From Camelus dromedarius (taxonomy: Eukaryota), in assembly GCF_036321535.1 (NCBI RefSeq), contig NC_087437.1:47680001-47744000 (forward strand): a stretch of 64,000 nucleotides of DNA. Direction: 5' to 3'. Made by a program: the position numbers and the translations under genes. Each line of letters starts with the position of its first letter. Positions within the stretch are counted from its first letter, which is position 1. Of this stretch, positions 28,670 to 42,439 are shown in pieces. The notes beneath the pieces were generated by a model. That model was not told the DNA's origin. It saw nothing but the letters and a program-made list of their open reading frames with translations, and ran no database searches.

Positions 28670-29510
28670 TTAAAAAGTTTATTGAGATAGAATTCACATA
28701 ACATAAAATTAACCACTTTAATCATTTTGTGGGGTGTGGTTGGGTTGGTTAGCATATTCACAATGTTGTGCAGCCATCACCACTATCTAATTCCAGAACA
28801 TTTCCATCACTCCAAAAAAAAAAAGAAACCCTGTACCTCCTAATTCCCTCTTCCTTCATCTGTGGGGGATGGCTAATTTACTTTCTAATGGATTTGCCCA
28901 TTCTGGACATCACAAACAAATGTGATGCTAAACACACATGTGGAATATCTTTACATGTGCTTATCAGCCATTTGTATATCTTCTTTGGAGAAGTGTTTAT
29001 GCAAATTCTTTGCCCATTTTTAAATTGGTTATTTGATTATTGCTGAGCTGTATTGGGAGTTATCTACTCCAGATACTAGACCTTTATCAGATGTATAATT
29101 TGCAAGTATTTCCTTCCATTCTGTAGGCTGACTTTTCATTTTCTTCATAGTGTCCTTTGACATACAAGTTTTTATAATTTTGATAAAGACCAATTTATCT
29201 ATCTTTTCTTCTGTTGCTTGTGCTTTTAGTGTCATATTAAACTGCTGCCCAATTCAAGGTCACAAAGATTAACAACTAGGTTTACGTCTAAGAATTCTAC
29301 ACTTTCAGCTGTTGTATTTAGGTACCATTGTGAGGTAATTTTTATCTACGGTATGAGGCAGGAATTCATTATTTTGCATGTGGATATCCAGCTGTTGCAG
29401 CAACAATTGTTGAAAAGACTATTCTCTCCCTATTGAATAGTCTTGCTACCCTTAATAAAAAGTCAATCAGCCACAGACACAGCTTTATTTATGAACTCTC
29501 AATTCTATTC
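28670..29510 (-). mobile_element. LINE-1 fragments (3'UTR and ORF2 end)
   Basis: ORF 29029-29235 resembles L1 ORF2p (KAQATEEKIDK...QPTEWKEILANYTSDKGLVS). Confidence 0.85.
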
Positions 29511-29733
29511 CATTGTAAAATGATTTTTCATTGTATCCCTGGAGTAAAACAAACTAGACTGATTTAATAAGCCCAATGTATTCAGAGTTATAGTTGTTAC
29601 TAAGCTTCTGGGCAAAAAGCAAGTGTTCTGAGTCTCCTGTTTGTTCTGGCAACTACAAGTTGAGGTGATGGGAAGGATATTTACCATATAATCCAAGTCA
29701 TTTCAGAAATATTTTTAAAAATATATAATACTT

Positions 29734-31255
29734 GAAAACTGGAAGCTAAATTTAAAAGAATGAAATTATAACATTCTCTAACACCATATACAAAAATAAA
29801 CTCAAAATGGATTAAAGACCTAAATGTAAAACCGGAAACCATAAGAAGAAAACATAGGCAGAACACTCTTTGACATAAATAGTAGCAATATTTTTTTTGA
29901 TCTGCCTCCTAAAGCAAAGGAAATAAAAGCAAAAATAAACAAATGGGATCTAATTAAACTTAAAAGCTTTGCACAGCAAAGGAAACCATCAACAAAAATA
30001 AAAAGACAACCTACTGAACGGGAGGGAATATTTGCAAATGGTATGACCGATGAAGGGGTTAATATCCAAAATATATAAGCAGCTCATACAAGTCAACATC
30101 AAAAAACAAACAACCCAATTAAAAGACCTGAATAGACGTTTCTCCAAAGAAGACATACAGATGGCCAACAGGCACAACTTAAGATGCTCAATATCCTTAA
30201 TCTCCAGAGAAATGAAAATTAAAACCACAATGAGATGTCACCTCACACCTGTCAGAATAGTTATCATCAAAAAGATCACAAATAACAAATGTTGGCAAGG
30301 ATGTGGAGAAAGGGGAACCCTCGTGCACTGTTGGTGGGAATTTAAACTGTTGTAGCCACTATGGAAAACAGTACGGAGGTTTCTCAAAAACAAACAAACA
30401 AACAAAACCTAAAAATAGAACCCCTGTATAACCCAGCAATTCTACTCCTGGGTATTTGTCTGAAAAAAAAAAAAAACCCACTAATTCGAAAAGATACATG
30501 CACCTCAATGCTCATAGCAGTATTATTATTTTTTTAATTTAAAAATTTTTTTTTGTTTTTTTTGGGGGAGGAAATAATTAGGTTTATTTATTTTATTTAT
30601 TTCTTAGTGGAGGTACTGGGGGTTTAACTCAGGACTTTGTGTATGCTAAGCAGACACTCAACCACTGAGCTATATCCTCCCCACCCCACAGCAGCATTAT
30701 TTATAACTGCCAAGATATGGAAGCAACCTATGTGTTGATCAACAGATGGATGGATAAAGAAGACACACACACACACACACACACATACACATACACACAA
30801 TGGACTACTACTCAGCCATAAAAAATGAAAATTTTGCCATTTGCAACAACATGGATGGACTTGGATGCTAGGTATTATGTAAAGTGAAGTAAGTCAGGCA
30901 GAGAAATAGAAATACTGTATGATATCACTTACATGTGGAATCTAAAAAATAAAACAAACTGGTGAATACAACTAAAAAGAAAAAGACTTACAGATATAGA
31001 GAACAAACTAGTGGTTACCAGTAGGGAGAAGAAAGTAGGGAGGGGCAAGATAGCGGAAGGAAATTGAGAGGTATAAACTACAATATATAAAATAAATAAA
31101 CTATAAGGATACTCTGTGAAGGGAATATAGCCAATATTTTATAATAAGTATAAATGGACTATAACCTTTAAAAATTGTGAATCACTCTGTTGTACACCTG
31201 TAACTTACATAATATTGTATATCAACTATACTTCAATTAAAATTTTTTTAAATTA
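29734..31255 (+). mobile_element. 5'-truncated LINE-1 with 17-bp TSD and nested SINE
   Basis: ORF2 end plus 3'UTR; TSD AAAAATA(T/C)ATAA(T/C)ACTT at 29717-29733 and 31256-31272. Confidence 0.92.
30528..30686 (-). mobile_element. Vic-1-type SINE nested in L1
   Basis: Reverse-complement head (ggaggtactggggg...accactgagctatatcctcccc); flanked by ca(t/c)agcag(t/c)attatt duplication. Confidence 0.88.
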
Positions 31256-33534
31256 AAAAATACATAACACTTCTTTAAAATACTTCACAACTACATTGTA
31301 TACAGATGCTATTAGAAATAAAATATTTTAGATCTACTATGAGAAAAAGATGTCAGGAAATAATTTTTTATGTAATGAGTCACATCTTTATTTTTAATTA
31401 ATAGCAAATTCCCTACATGTAATCGGTTGTTTATGCCTAAGTATTATAGGGTAGTCTTTTAAAGAGATCTTAAATTTTTACACAAACTGAAGAGAATTAT
31501 TAAAAGGAAGATAATAAAATAAAAATCAATGTAACAAAATAAGTAAAGGCAAGCAAGGAACATGTTTAATAAGCAATAAAATGTTTTAAATCATGTTTAT
31601 CAGTTAATAATAAATTGAGGATTCATATACACTGGAAAATAAAAAGCACAATTAATTCTTCCTACTAGATTTGTTCCAAAATTTTCCCCCCTAAAGGTTA
31701 GGGTAGCATCGTCTTCAACTTTGTTTTTCCCAGCTGTGCTTATTAGCATAGCCCTGTGCAAAGAGGAGGCGTGCACTATTTGTTGAATAAATGTCCCAAA
31801 AGGACAACTTGTTCCATTCAGGCAAGGGAAAAATGACTGCCACTACTTGCAGCAAAGATGAGGTGGATACATGATCTTTTTGGCAGCCTTTTCAACCTAT
31901 TTATAAACACTTAGAATATTTCTACGTCAGGGTGTTCATAAGTAGTTACACAAACATATGATTTGAGTCTCTCATTCTTAGTCAAATTGTGGGTTTAGAA
32001 ACCTCATTTGGCAAGGAATAACTTAGCCCACTTTCCTATGATGAAAAGAATGTCTAGAAATGACAGGGATGGCCTGAGCCATGTCCCAAAACAGTGGAGT
32101 TGAAGACTGAATTCTATAAAAAAAAGGCTTTCTGATTTAAGCTTTGTGAAAAGGAACTATCATTGTTAAGGTCATCTTTCTTAATTCAGTCATTCAATAA
32201 AAAAAAATCCACTGTCCACTGTGTTTCAGGTACTATTCTAGGCACCATGGATACAGCAGTAGACAAACCTAAAATCCTTGTCCTCACTGAGCTTACCTTA
32301 ATATCAACAATGCAATTAAAACACTGCAAGTAAAAATTATTGAACTATCATGCAAATCAGTAGTAAACATTAAAACACGTTGGAATATGGGAATTCGATA
32401 AATACCTTAGCAGTTACTTGCAAATTCACATATGCAAAGATTCTAACCACACTATGAAAAACTTACTCTTATGAACACTTTAGTCCATTATAAAACTGAA
32501 CATTAAAGAACCATTTCCAATTAACAGCTGAATTCCATGTTGTCCACCATAAGAAATATAAGATCTGATTATCAACATCTTTGTACAAACTAAAAGTATC
32601 CACACCAAATCACTCCAGATCTTGCTCCAAATCAAACAAGTTACAATTACAAAAGAAAATCTGTTTTTCTCTATTTCTGTTTTTTGAATTTAAAATGAAT
32701 CATATATTACACCAAGTAGTATACATTTCTACTATGTCATGTGTTTATGCCATAATTAGGTAAATATATAGTTAAATTATATTTCTAGAAGTGAGGGGGA
32801 AAGAATGGGAAGAAGGGAGAGAGGGTCTGTAAATACAGCATGACATGATTTGACTGAGACTAAAAGTACGTGGTACTTTACATACATGCGGTTACTTGAA
32901 ATCATGGAAGATGATTCAGTGAGCACCTGTGCCCATGATGTTGTGCATGGATGCTGGTGAGATATGAAGATGATTAAGACACAGAATCTTTCAGCCAAGC
33001 ACAAGCAGTAGAGGTAAACGTGCACAAGGAAATGTAATACAAGGCAGGCTGCAATCAGCCCTGCAACATAAATCCAAAGGGCTGCACAAGTAAGGAACTG
33101 CCACTTACTGGAATTGGTCTAAGTCCTTTACATGTCATTTCATTTTAATTCTCTCCATAAACCCACAGAGTGGGCACTGGTATCCTCACTTTACAGCAAA
33201 GATACTGGGCATCAAAAGTTTTAAAACTTGCCCTGGCCACAAGATAATTAAAAGGTGGAGTCCTCGCACTTTCCACCAAGCCATGCCGCCTTCCAACAAA
33301 TCCAAGTGTAAGACTCCAGTGACCCTTTTTAGAGGAAGACTAGGACTCAATGAACAGAAGTCCCAGGAACAAAATTAGAGCAGAGGTAGTATAATCCCAG
33401 GCAAAGGAAACAATATAAGAAAAGGTAACAAAGTAGAAAAGAGCAATGTAAATTCAGGGAATGGGAACCAGATTCGTTTGGCTGTAGCATAGGCTACACA
33501 GCTGGATGTTAGCAGACACAGCTGGGAGGCAGGA

Positions 33535-33728
33535 CCACAGAGGTGCTCACAGAACAGGCTCTGGAACCAAAATAAACCTGGTTTGAATCCTGTATCTACC
33601 ACTTCATAATTATATTACCTTGGCAAGTTACTTAATCTCACTGAGGCTCAGTTTCCTCAACTACAAAATGAAGTAACACTGTCTACCTTATTGGGTTGCT
33701 ATGAGCATTAAACGAGATCAGCATGTGG
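33535..33728 (+). mobile_element. MIR SINE
   Basis: cctggtttgaatcctg...ccttggcaagttacttaatctcactgaggctcagtttcctcaactacaaaatg. Confidence 0.85.
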
Positions 33729-33750
33729 CCAAGTGACTGGCCAATCATTC

Positions 33751-35677
33751 CAGACAAGGTCACTATAAGAAATGAAAACTGCAGGCCAATATCCCTGATG
33801 AACGTAGATGCAAAACTCCTCAATAAAATATTAGCAAACCAAATTCAACAATATATTAAAAGGATCATACATCATGATCAACTGGGATTTACTCAAGGGA
33901 TGCAAGGATGGTTCAACATCACAAATCAATGTGGTACACCATATTAACAACATGAAAAATAAAAACCATACGATCATCTCAACAGATGCAGAAAAAGCTT
34001 CTGACAAAATTCAAGATCCATTTATGATAAAAACTCAACAAAGTGGGTATAGAGGAAATACACCTCAACATAATAAAGGCCATACATGACATATATAACA
34101 TCACACTCAATGGTAAAAAACTGAAAGCTTTTCTTCTAAGATAAGGAGCAAGATAAAGATGCCCACTCTTGCCACTTTGATTCAACACAGTATTGGAAGT
34201 GCTAGCCAGAGAAATCAGAAAAAACAATAATAATAAAAATTTTTAAAAGGGCATCCAAAGTTAAATGAAAGACCTAAAACTATCACTACTTGCAGATGAC
34301 ATGATATTATATATACAAAACACTAAAGATTCCATCAAAAAACTATGAGAATCAATAAAGGAATTTGGCAAAATTTCAGGATACAAAATCAATATACAGA
34401 AATCTGCTGCATTTCTATTCACTAATAAAGAACTACCAGAAAGAGAAATTAAGAAAACAACCCCATTTATAATTGCATCAAAAAGGATAAATTACCTAAA
34501 AATAAATTTAACCACGGTGGTGAAAGACCTGTACACTGAAAACTAAGATACTGATAAAAGAAATGGAAGATAACACAAATAAATAAAATGGTATTCTACA
34601 CTCATGGATTGAAAGAATATTGTTGCGATGTCCATACTACCCAAAGCAATCTACAGATTCAATGCAATCCCTATCAAAATTCCAATGACATTTTTCATAG
34701 AAATAGAACAATCTTAAAATTTGCATAAAACCAGAAAAGACTCTAATAGCCAAAACAATCTTGAGAAAGAACAACTGGAGGCATCATGCGCCCTGATTTC
34801 AAACTATATTACCAAGCTACAGTAATCGAAACAATATGGTAATGGCACAAACACAGACACATAGATCAATGGAACAGAACAGAGAGCATAAAAATAAACT
34901 GGACCACTGTCTTATATCATACACAAAAATTAACTCAAAATGGGTCAAAAACTTAAATGTATGATCTAAAACCATAAAAATCCTAGAAGAAAACACATGC
35001 AGTAAGCTCCTTGACATCAGTCTTGGTAATGATTTTTTTGCATTTGACATCAAAAGCAAAGATAACAAAAGCAAAGAAAACCATCAACAAAATGAAAAGG
35101 TAACCTACTGAATGGGAGAAAGTATTTGCAAATCATATACCTGATAAGGGGTTAATATCCAACATATAAAGAACTCATACAACTCCACAGCAAATAAAAC
35201 AAACTGGTTAAAAAAAATGGGCAGAGGATCTGAATAGACATTTTTCCAAAGAAGACATACAGATGGCCAATGGGTAAATGAAAAGGTGCTCAACATCACT
35301 AATCATCAGGGAAATGTAAATCAAAATCATAGTAAGATAGCACCTCACACCTATCAGAATGACCATCATCAAAAACATAAGAAATACCAAGTGTTGGTGA
35401 GGATGTTGAGAAAAGGAAACACTTGAGCACTTTTACTGGGAATGTAAATTAGTAAAGTTACTATGGAAAATGGTATGTAGATTCCCTGAAAAATTAAAAA
35501 CTGAATTACCACATGATCCAGCAGTTCCACTTCTGGGCATTTATTTAAAGAAAACAAAAATACTAAATCAAAAAGATATATGCACCCCCATATTCACTGC
35601 ACCATTATTTACAACAGTCAAGATATGGAAACAACCTAAGTATCCACTGACAGATGAATGGATAAAGAAAATGTGAG

Positions 35678-35716
<39 letters not shown>

Positions 35717-36036
35717 AATATTATTCAGCCATGAAAAAGAATGAAAGCTTGCCATTTGCAGTGACAGCATGGATAGAACTTGAGGGCATTATGCTAAGAG
35801 AAATATGTCAGACAGAGAACAACAAATACCCCATAATCTCACTTATATTTACTTATTTTATTTTTGGGGGGAGGTAATTAGATTTATTTATTTGTTTGTT
35901 TAAATGGAAGTACTGGTGATTGAACCTAGGACCTTGTGCATGCTAAGCACATACTCTAACCACTTGGCTATACCCTCCTCTCCCAAATCTCACTTACATA
36001 TGTAACCTAAAAAAACTAAACTCATAGAGAACAGAG
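33751..36036 (+). mobile_element. LINE-1 ORF2 (RT domain onward) relic with internal deletions and truncated 3'UTR
   Basis: ORFs give [39 protein letters not shown] and LKTELPHDPAVPLLGIY (L1 ORF2p); many stops and frameshifts. Confidence 0.93.
35849..35985 (-). mobile_element. Vic-1-type SINE nested in L1 3'UTR
   Basis: Reverse-complement SINE; TSD AATCTCACTTA(T/C)AT at 35835-35848 and 35986-35999. Confidence 0.9.
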
Positions 36037-37255
36037 TTTTAAAAATGAGATGGGCATGTGACCAATGTGCTTGGCCAATCAGTCATTCCTGCTCAGCATC
36101 TGGAGCAAGTGACACAAAGTGGAGGTGGTGGAGAATCCATTCTGGTGGTGGCAGCAACATCTAACTCAAAGATTTACCTATGAAGCCTCCTCTGATCATC
36201 TCAGGCAAAATAAATCCCTCCTTTGTTTTGACAGCTTTGTTCAGACACCTAAGGTATCCACTCAGAGTTTTTATTCACATCTAAATCATTAACTTCCTTG
36301 AATTCCTGGTGATGAGACCGGTTACAATTTTAATCCGCTCAGAATCAACATTTTTCTGCTGAGTGTTCTGCATCCATCCTTTGTTTTTCCTGCTCCTTTC
36401 CTCTCTGTCCTGTAATATCTTTGTATAGCTACTACGATTTTTCCTTTTTTCTTATTCTTCACTTTTAAATTAGATGAGTTCTTCTGAAATAGCTATCACA
36501 AAAGGTTCCTATCGGAGAGACCACAGCAGTGTCCCAAGTTATTAGGGATTCTCCCTGCTTCGTACTGAACTTCATTTATATTTTAAGCTGTTTAGCTCTT
36601 ACTTTTCCCTGAGGAAGAAGTAGGCAGCACCTGGCTACACACAACTCAGCCTCTTTCCTCTACCCTGCTCATCAAGAAGCTTCCTAAAAGATGGCATGTC
36701 TATATACTTCCATTTTTATCTCTGCCTTCCTTGATATTCCTCAGTCTAGGGAAGCATCTGTTTCCACTGTTCCAAAGGAAAGGAATGATGCTGTCCCTGG
36801 GAGAGCGCTATCTACTTTGTATAAGATTTATAGCCACAGAAACCATCTCTCAGAGCCTTTCTACACCTTAACATTTGATGACTCTTCCTCATTCTTACTA
36901 GGCTTTGAAGTTTTGAGTGTTTTTAATTTTGTTGAAAATGAAGCTTGTATTTGTTTCTTATGCTCTTTACTGTTGAATTGATTTCCAAGAGTAAAAGATG
37001 ACAGATATGTCTTTATTACATCATCAACAATTTTTAACGTTTTTCTGCCATCTGATGTTTTTAGAGATTAATATTTTTCTAATATAACACAATGTGATAG
37101 TATCTGCCTCATCATATTGCACCAAAAATCAAACTACGATTTCTGCACCATGTATATGAGTAAGAAGAGAATTATTATGTTTGTCTTTTAGCAGGGATTA
37201 CATGCACAACATAATTAACTTCTTAAGCACAGAGGCCATTGGTCCAGACAGGTTG

Positions 37256-37757
37256 TTTTTTTTATTGAAGTATAGTCAGCTTACAATATTATGTCAATTT
37301 CTGGTGTACAGCATAATGTTTCAGTCATACATATAAATACATATATTCCTTTTTATATTCTTTTTCATTATAGGTTACTACAAGATATTGAATATAGTTT
37401 CCTGTGCTACACAGTAGAAACTCGTTTATTTTATATATAGTAGTTAGTATCTGCAAATCTTGAACTCCCAATTTATCCCTTCCATCCTCTTCCCCTTCTG
37501 GTAACCATAAGTTTGTTTTCTATGACTTTCTCTATTTTGTAAATAAGTATATTTGTGTCTTTTTTTTAAGATTTCACATATAAATGATCTGGTATTTTCT
37601 TTCTCTTTCTGACCTACGTCACTTAGAATGATGATCTCCAGGTCCATCCATGTTGCTGTAAATGACATTATTTTATTCTTTTTTATGGCTGAGTAGTATT
37701 CCATTGTGTGTGTGTGTGCATGTGTGTGTGTATCACAACTTCTTTATCCAGTCATCT
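37256..37757 (-). mobile_element. 5'-truncated LINE-1 3' end, about 180 bp from the GNB4 exon 2 donor
   Basis: ORF 37444-37704 MEYYSAIKKNKIMSFTATWMDLEIIILS; T-tail; degenerate TSD ca(g/c)acaggt..ttttt. Confidence 0.9.
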
Positions 37758-37940
37758 CACACAGGTATTTTTTAGAAACGGTTTTTGGAGAATTTGTAGG
37801 CATGATAAAAACAAATTGACCACTTCTCTCCTTATAAGTTATTTAATATATGTAGACCGATACACTAATGAACAAATTTTGTTCATTGCTGGGACTACAT
37901 AAAAGTGTTAAAATTTCAAAATGAAAAAGCTTGCTCTTAC

Positions 37941-37997
37941 CTGGATCTGATTTCGCAGCTGCTCAGCCTCCTGCCTCAACTGTTCCAGCTCACTCAT
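37941..37997 (-). CDS. GNB4: G-protein beta-4 exon 2, coding part (start codon); exon extends as 5'UTR to 38038
   Basis: ATG at 37997-37995; MSELEQLRQEAEQLRNQIQ|gtaag; acceptor tag at 38041-38039; the nine coding exons sum to 1023 nt = 340 aa plus stop. Confidence 0.96.
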
Positions 37998-38334
37998 CCT
38001 TGAATTTGTTTATCTCACAAACTCACCAATGAAAGTCACTATTGAAAAATAGAAAGACTGATTCAGTTCTCCGATGACATATTGATCTACTTTTAAAGTA
38101 TTGACATATAACTTCCTCTTGGTACCTCTGAAACTCAAATGAGATTATTACTAGAACTTAAAATTGCTTAGTAAATATAGATCTACATTATTTACTAAAG
38201 GATTTTATGGAGGAATGAGATCAGAGGATGGAAGAGAAATCTTGAATTGCAGTATTTAAGACTAAATTATAGAGAATTAGTACCAGAATGGAGTTTAGTA
38301 AAAAATACTTAACAACAGTTCAGAAGGCACCAAC

Positions 38335-39190
38335 AGATGTCTGCACCTGGATGTCTAACAGGCACCTCAAACTTACTTCAAAACTGAACCCCACACCACA
38401 CTGAAGTCTTCCTCATCTCTGTAAATGGCAATTCCAGCCTTCCAATTGTTTAAGCCAAAAACTTGGGAGTCACCCCTAACTCCTCTGTTCTGTTTCTTTC
38501 ATACCCTATATCTAATCCATCAGCAAATCATGCCAGGCATTCCTTCAAAACATATCCAGGATTTGACCAATGCTGATTACCTCCACTTTGACTACCTTGG
38601 TCCAAGCTACCATAATCATTCACCTGGTCTCTCCTTTCTACTGCCCTTGTCCACTCTCTAGTCTATTCCAAATATAGCAACCAGTGGTCCTTTTAAAACA
38701 CACAGGTCCTTCTGCTTTAAGTCCTATAATGGCTTTTTCACTCCACTCAGAGCAAAGCCTAACTCTGTATCTTAACCTCCAGAGCCCGTATCATCTCTTA
38801 CACACACCGCTCCCTTTTCCTATCTCCCTCCCTCCCTCTGCTGCTGCCATTCAAAAGCTTTCTCCTGTTCCTTGAACACATTAAGCAGGCTCCAGCCTCC
38901 ATCTTTGCACCTGCATTTACCAACGCCTAGAACCCTCTAGCCCCTGATATTTTCATCTCTTGCACCGTCACCTCCATTCAAATGATACCTTCTCAGAACA
39001 ACCTTCGCTGAGAGCACATACACACCCAACTAGACCCCTTACCCTGTCTAATGTCTCACGATGAGACTCAATACCATCTAGCATATATTTGCTTATTTGT
39101 GGTCTGTCTCCTCCTAGCAGAGCATAAGCTCCTCGGGGCAGAGACTTTGTTCACTTTACTCTTTGCTGTATCCCTGGCACCTGAGATAAC
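38335..39190 (+). mobile_element. LINE-2 3' part
   Basis: cacctggatgtctaacaggcacctcaaactta ... taagctcctcggggcagagactttgt ... tgctgtatccctggcacctg. Confidence 0.82.
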
Positions 39191-39750
39191 TCTATTCTCC
39201 AATAAATTAACTAACCTGAAATTATTTAAGAACTAAAGGAAAATTCACTCTAAGGATTTAGGATGAACCCCCAAATTAAAGACAAAAATATAACAACCCC
39301 AGAAGAGAACAGAGATTGGTAACCGGCAGTATTCTTTCTCTATCTGTCCTGTTTTCCTCTTCATTCCTGCTTTATTTTTCTCTTTCTACAGAATGACTTT
39401 CTCTACTTCTCTGAGCACAAGATCCAAGTTTATATTTCTCAGGTCAAGTTTATAGCCCAAAATGACTATTCCAACTGCAAATTCCTGTAAGAGAAAATTT
39501 TTTCTGGTGTCTATCCTTCACTAGCATCAGTGGAGGTATAAAAATGTTTTACTTTTTCAGGGTTAACTTTAAATGTATATTGTCAAATCAAAACAATAAA
39601 TACATTGGGACTGATTAGAATGGCATTAAACTATAAAGTACTTTTAAAAGAACTGACATCATTTTAATATTCCATTTCCAATTTAATATTGTGGTACATT
39701 TTTCCATTTATCTAAATTTTGGTAACAGTCTTCATAAGTCTTAATCATTT

Positions 39751-39892
39751 CTTTTAAAATTTTTTTATTCTTAATTTTTTGGGCGGATAAATAGTTTTAT
39801 TTATTTATTTATTAGTGGAGGTACTGGGGATTGAACCCAGGACCTTGTGCATGCTAAGTACACACCCTACCACTGAGCTATAACCTTCCCCC
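39751..39892 (-). mobile_element. Vic-1-type SINE
   Basis: Reverse-complement SINE; TSD AAGTCTTAA(T/C)CATTT at 39736-39750 and 39893-39907. Confidence 0.92.
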
Positions 39893-40289
39893 AAGTCTTA
39901 ACCATTTTTTGATAAAGTTGCACTGTTTAACAATTTAGCATGTTTCTCAGAGACTACCAGACTGGTTAGGTTACAGCCAATCTGGACTATCATTCTACTC
40001 AACTGAAGATAAACTGCATTCAGGTTCTTTAAAGTCACAAACCCAACTGCCCTTGCTGGACCATACCTGAAATATCCCTGGCCACGAAATCTTAGAAACT
40101 TTCATTGGTTTTGATGCCTTTTCATTTTCTGAGTTCCAAAAGATCTTGGGCAAGCAGGACTGATGTAAGTCCCTCCTACTGAGTTGCTAATGTACTTTTT
40201 AGTACATTAGGGGCTCAAAGGGGTCTCATATAACTTTTAAGGGCATTCAAAACCAACTCTTGCCCATCTCTACAGCCTTTCCACCCCAA

Positions 40290-40918
40290 AGCGATAGCCA
40301 CACAGAAGTGACCCTCTAAAGAGGAGCTATCTGCAGCTAGCAAGACCATGAGTTGCACCCAATGAATGAGATTTTCCAGCCTGGGTGCCCAAAAGGATGG
40401 AGGTACTATGAATAGAAATGACAAAGAAAAAGAATTCTCTTATCACCACCACTCTGTGGAGGGGGAATACTGGGAGGGCCATGGGCCATGAGAGTCCCTG
40501 CACACCCTTGCTGGGTATGCCAAGAATACAAGGCCCTCGTTTCTTTCACCTGAGCCATTGTCAGGGTTGTATCTGGAGTGAGCGACCTCAAGGGATGAGA
40601 CAAGTCTGCCCCTCAGTACAAAGAGTGGGCTTGCTTCCACTTACTATAAAAGTAGTAAATCCCCCAAGCTCAGTGTTTCTGGACTATGATGCAAACCCAG
40701 TGCACATGAGCATCCATCTGGGCCCATGTGGGTCACCCCCACGAGAACAGAGAAACACAAGGAACAGGTGCAAACCAACATCAGGTCACGCTACTTCTAG
40801 TGCAGTGAGTGATAAAGTCCTTGGCTCTGACTGAGGAGTCTCATGTCTTCTGCCAGCATCCATGAAACAGTAAGAGTAATTTATTAGCTTGTAAGGAGGT
40901 GATTACAGACACTTCACA
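40290..40918 (+). mobile_element. Solo LTR, probably ERVL class (5' boundary approximate)
   Basis: TATAAAA ~40645, gataaa poly(A)-like motif ~40811, U5-like gtcttctgccagcatccatgaaac...cttcaCA terminus. Confidence 0.65.
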
Positions 40919-40994
40919 ATCCTTGGCAGGGAGAAGGTTCATAAGAAAGACAAGGGGTCCAATGTGAAATATAGTGAGTGTGTGGCAATTCCCT

Positions 40995-41270
40995 TTTATT
41001 AAAAAAATTGAGACATAATTGGCAGATTACATTGTATAAGTTTAAGATGTACAACGTGCTCATTTGATATTTATATATTGCAATATGATTACCACCGAAG
41101 TGTCAACAAACATCTCTATCACATCACATAATTACTATTTCTTTTGCAGAGAGAACATTTAAGACCTAGTCTCTTAGCAACTTTGAAGTAGGTAACACAG
41201 CGTGGCTGACTATAATTACAACACTGTGCCTTGTATCTCCAGGAAGTCTTCATCTTCTAGTTGCAAGTTG
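40995..41270 (-). mobile_element. LINE-1 3'UTR fragment
   Basis: ttgagacataattggc...ttgtataagtttaagatgtacaac...ctcttagcaactttgaagta. Confidence 0.8.
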
Positions 41271-42439
41271 CACGTCCCTTCTCATACAGGCTAGATTCTA
41301 GGTCCAGCACTCCATCACCCATTCTGCTAGCACTTTAGTTTCCCATCCTTCCACTTGGTCACACTCAACAGACAAAATCACACCTTGGATGTTCATCCTT
41401 GGATGAACCCAACTCCTTCCTTTCTTTCAGCCAAGCTACCAAACATGGATGGAAAAGCCAAACAGTGAGGTGCATTAGTTCTACTACAAGCTCACATAAG
41501 CAATCTAGCTGGGCCCTCAAAAGTACCTGTCTACCCTATGCAGCTTTTAACCCATCACATCCACTCTTAGTATCAACGATTTCAATTCCTTTGCACTCTT
41601 TGCCAGCTTCCAAACTTCCCACAACCCCTCTCACAGTAGCTGGCCTTGCTTTCTGTATTACAGAGAAAGTAGAAGCCACCAGACAGGAACTTTTAATTTC
41701 CCACTGCTTGTTTTACAACACGATACATGCATGACTGACTCACCAGAGGCTCCTCCTTCCCTTCTGTGACAACAGAGGAGCCGACTGTTCTGTCATCTGG
41801 GCCAATTTCTCCCTCTGAGATTTAAATTCTATCTTTCCCTAACTTTTCAGTAATCTTACACTTCTGAGGATCCCTTTTCATCTACTACGTTCAGCCTCTC
41901 ACTCTTGCTCCATTGTGTCAGTCTTTTTAATAAGAAAAATTTCAAACACAGAGAAATCAGTATAATGGACCTTCATAATGTCCATCACGAGAGTTTACAA
42001 ACATATTTAATACTGTTATCGTACTTGCTTCATCTTTTGTGGTTTTTGCTGAAATATTTTAAAGTCAACCACAGACATCAAGATATTTTAGCCCTAAATA
42101 CTTCAGTACACATCTCCAAAAATATCAAGACATTTTCCTAATAAACCATAATACCATTAACAAACCTCCAATATTAACAGGAACTATTTACTATTTAGTA
42201 ACTATTAATACCTAGTCCATTTTCAAGTGTCCCTAATTATTCCCACCGATGTCTTTCACATCAGATTTGTTCAAATCAAGATCCAATTAAGGACTACATA
42301 ATCCATCTGGTTTTGTCTCTTAAATCTCTCCATCTAGAAGAATTCACCTCTTGCTTTCTTTTTTTCCCTATGAAATTGACTTATTGGAAAGACTTGTCCT
42401 TAGAACATCCCACATTCTGTTTACCTCCTTATAATACTG

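Noticed and set aside
33723..35676. Reverse-transcriptase-like ORFs as a novel retro-system
   Set aside because: Ordinary LINE-1 ORF2 relic with stops, frameshifts and deletions; no ORF1 or endonuclease domain
40418..40834. 138-aa ORF, and ORFs at 43001-43780 and 45606-46061
   Set aside because: Lie within solo LTRs or old L1; no gag/pol/env similarity
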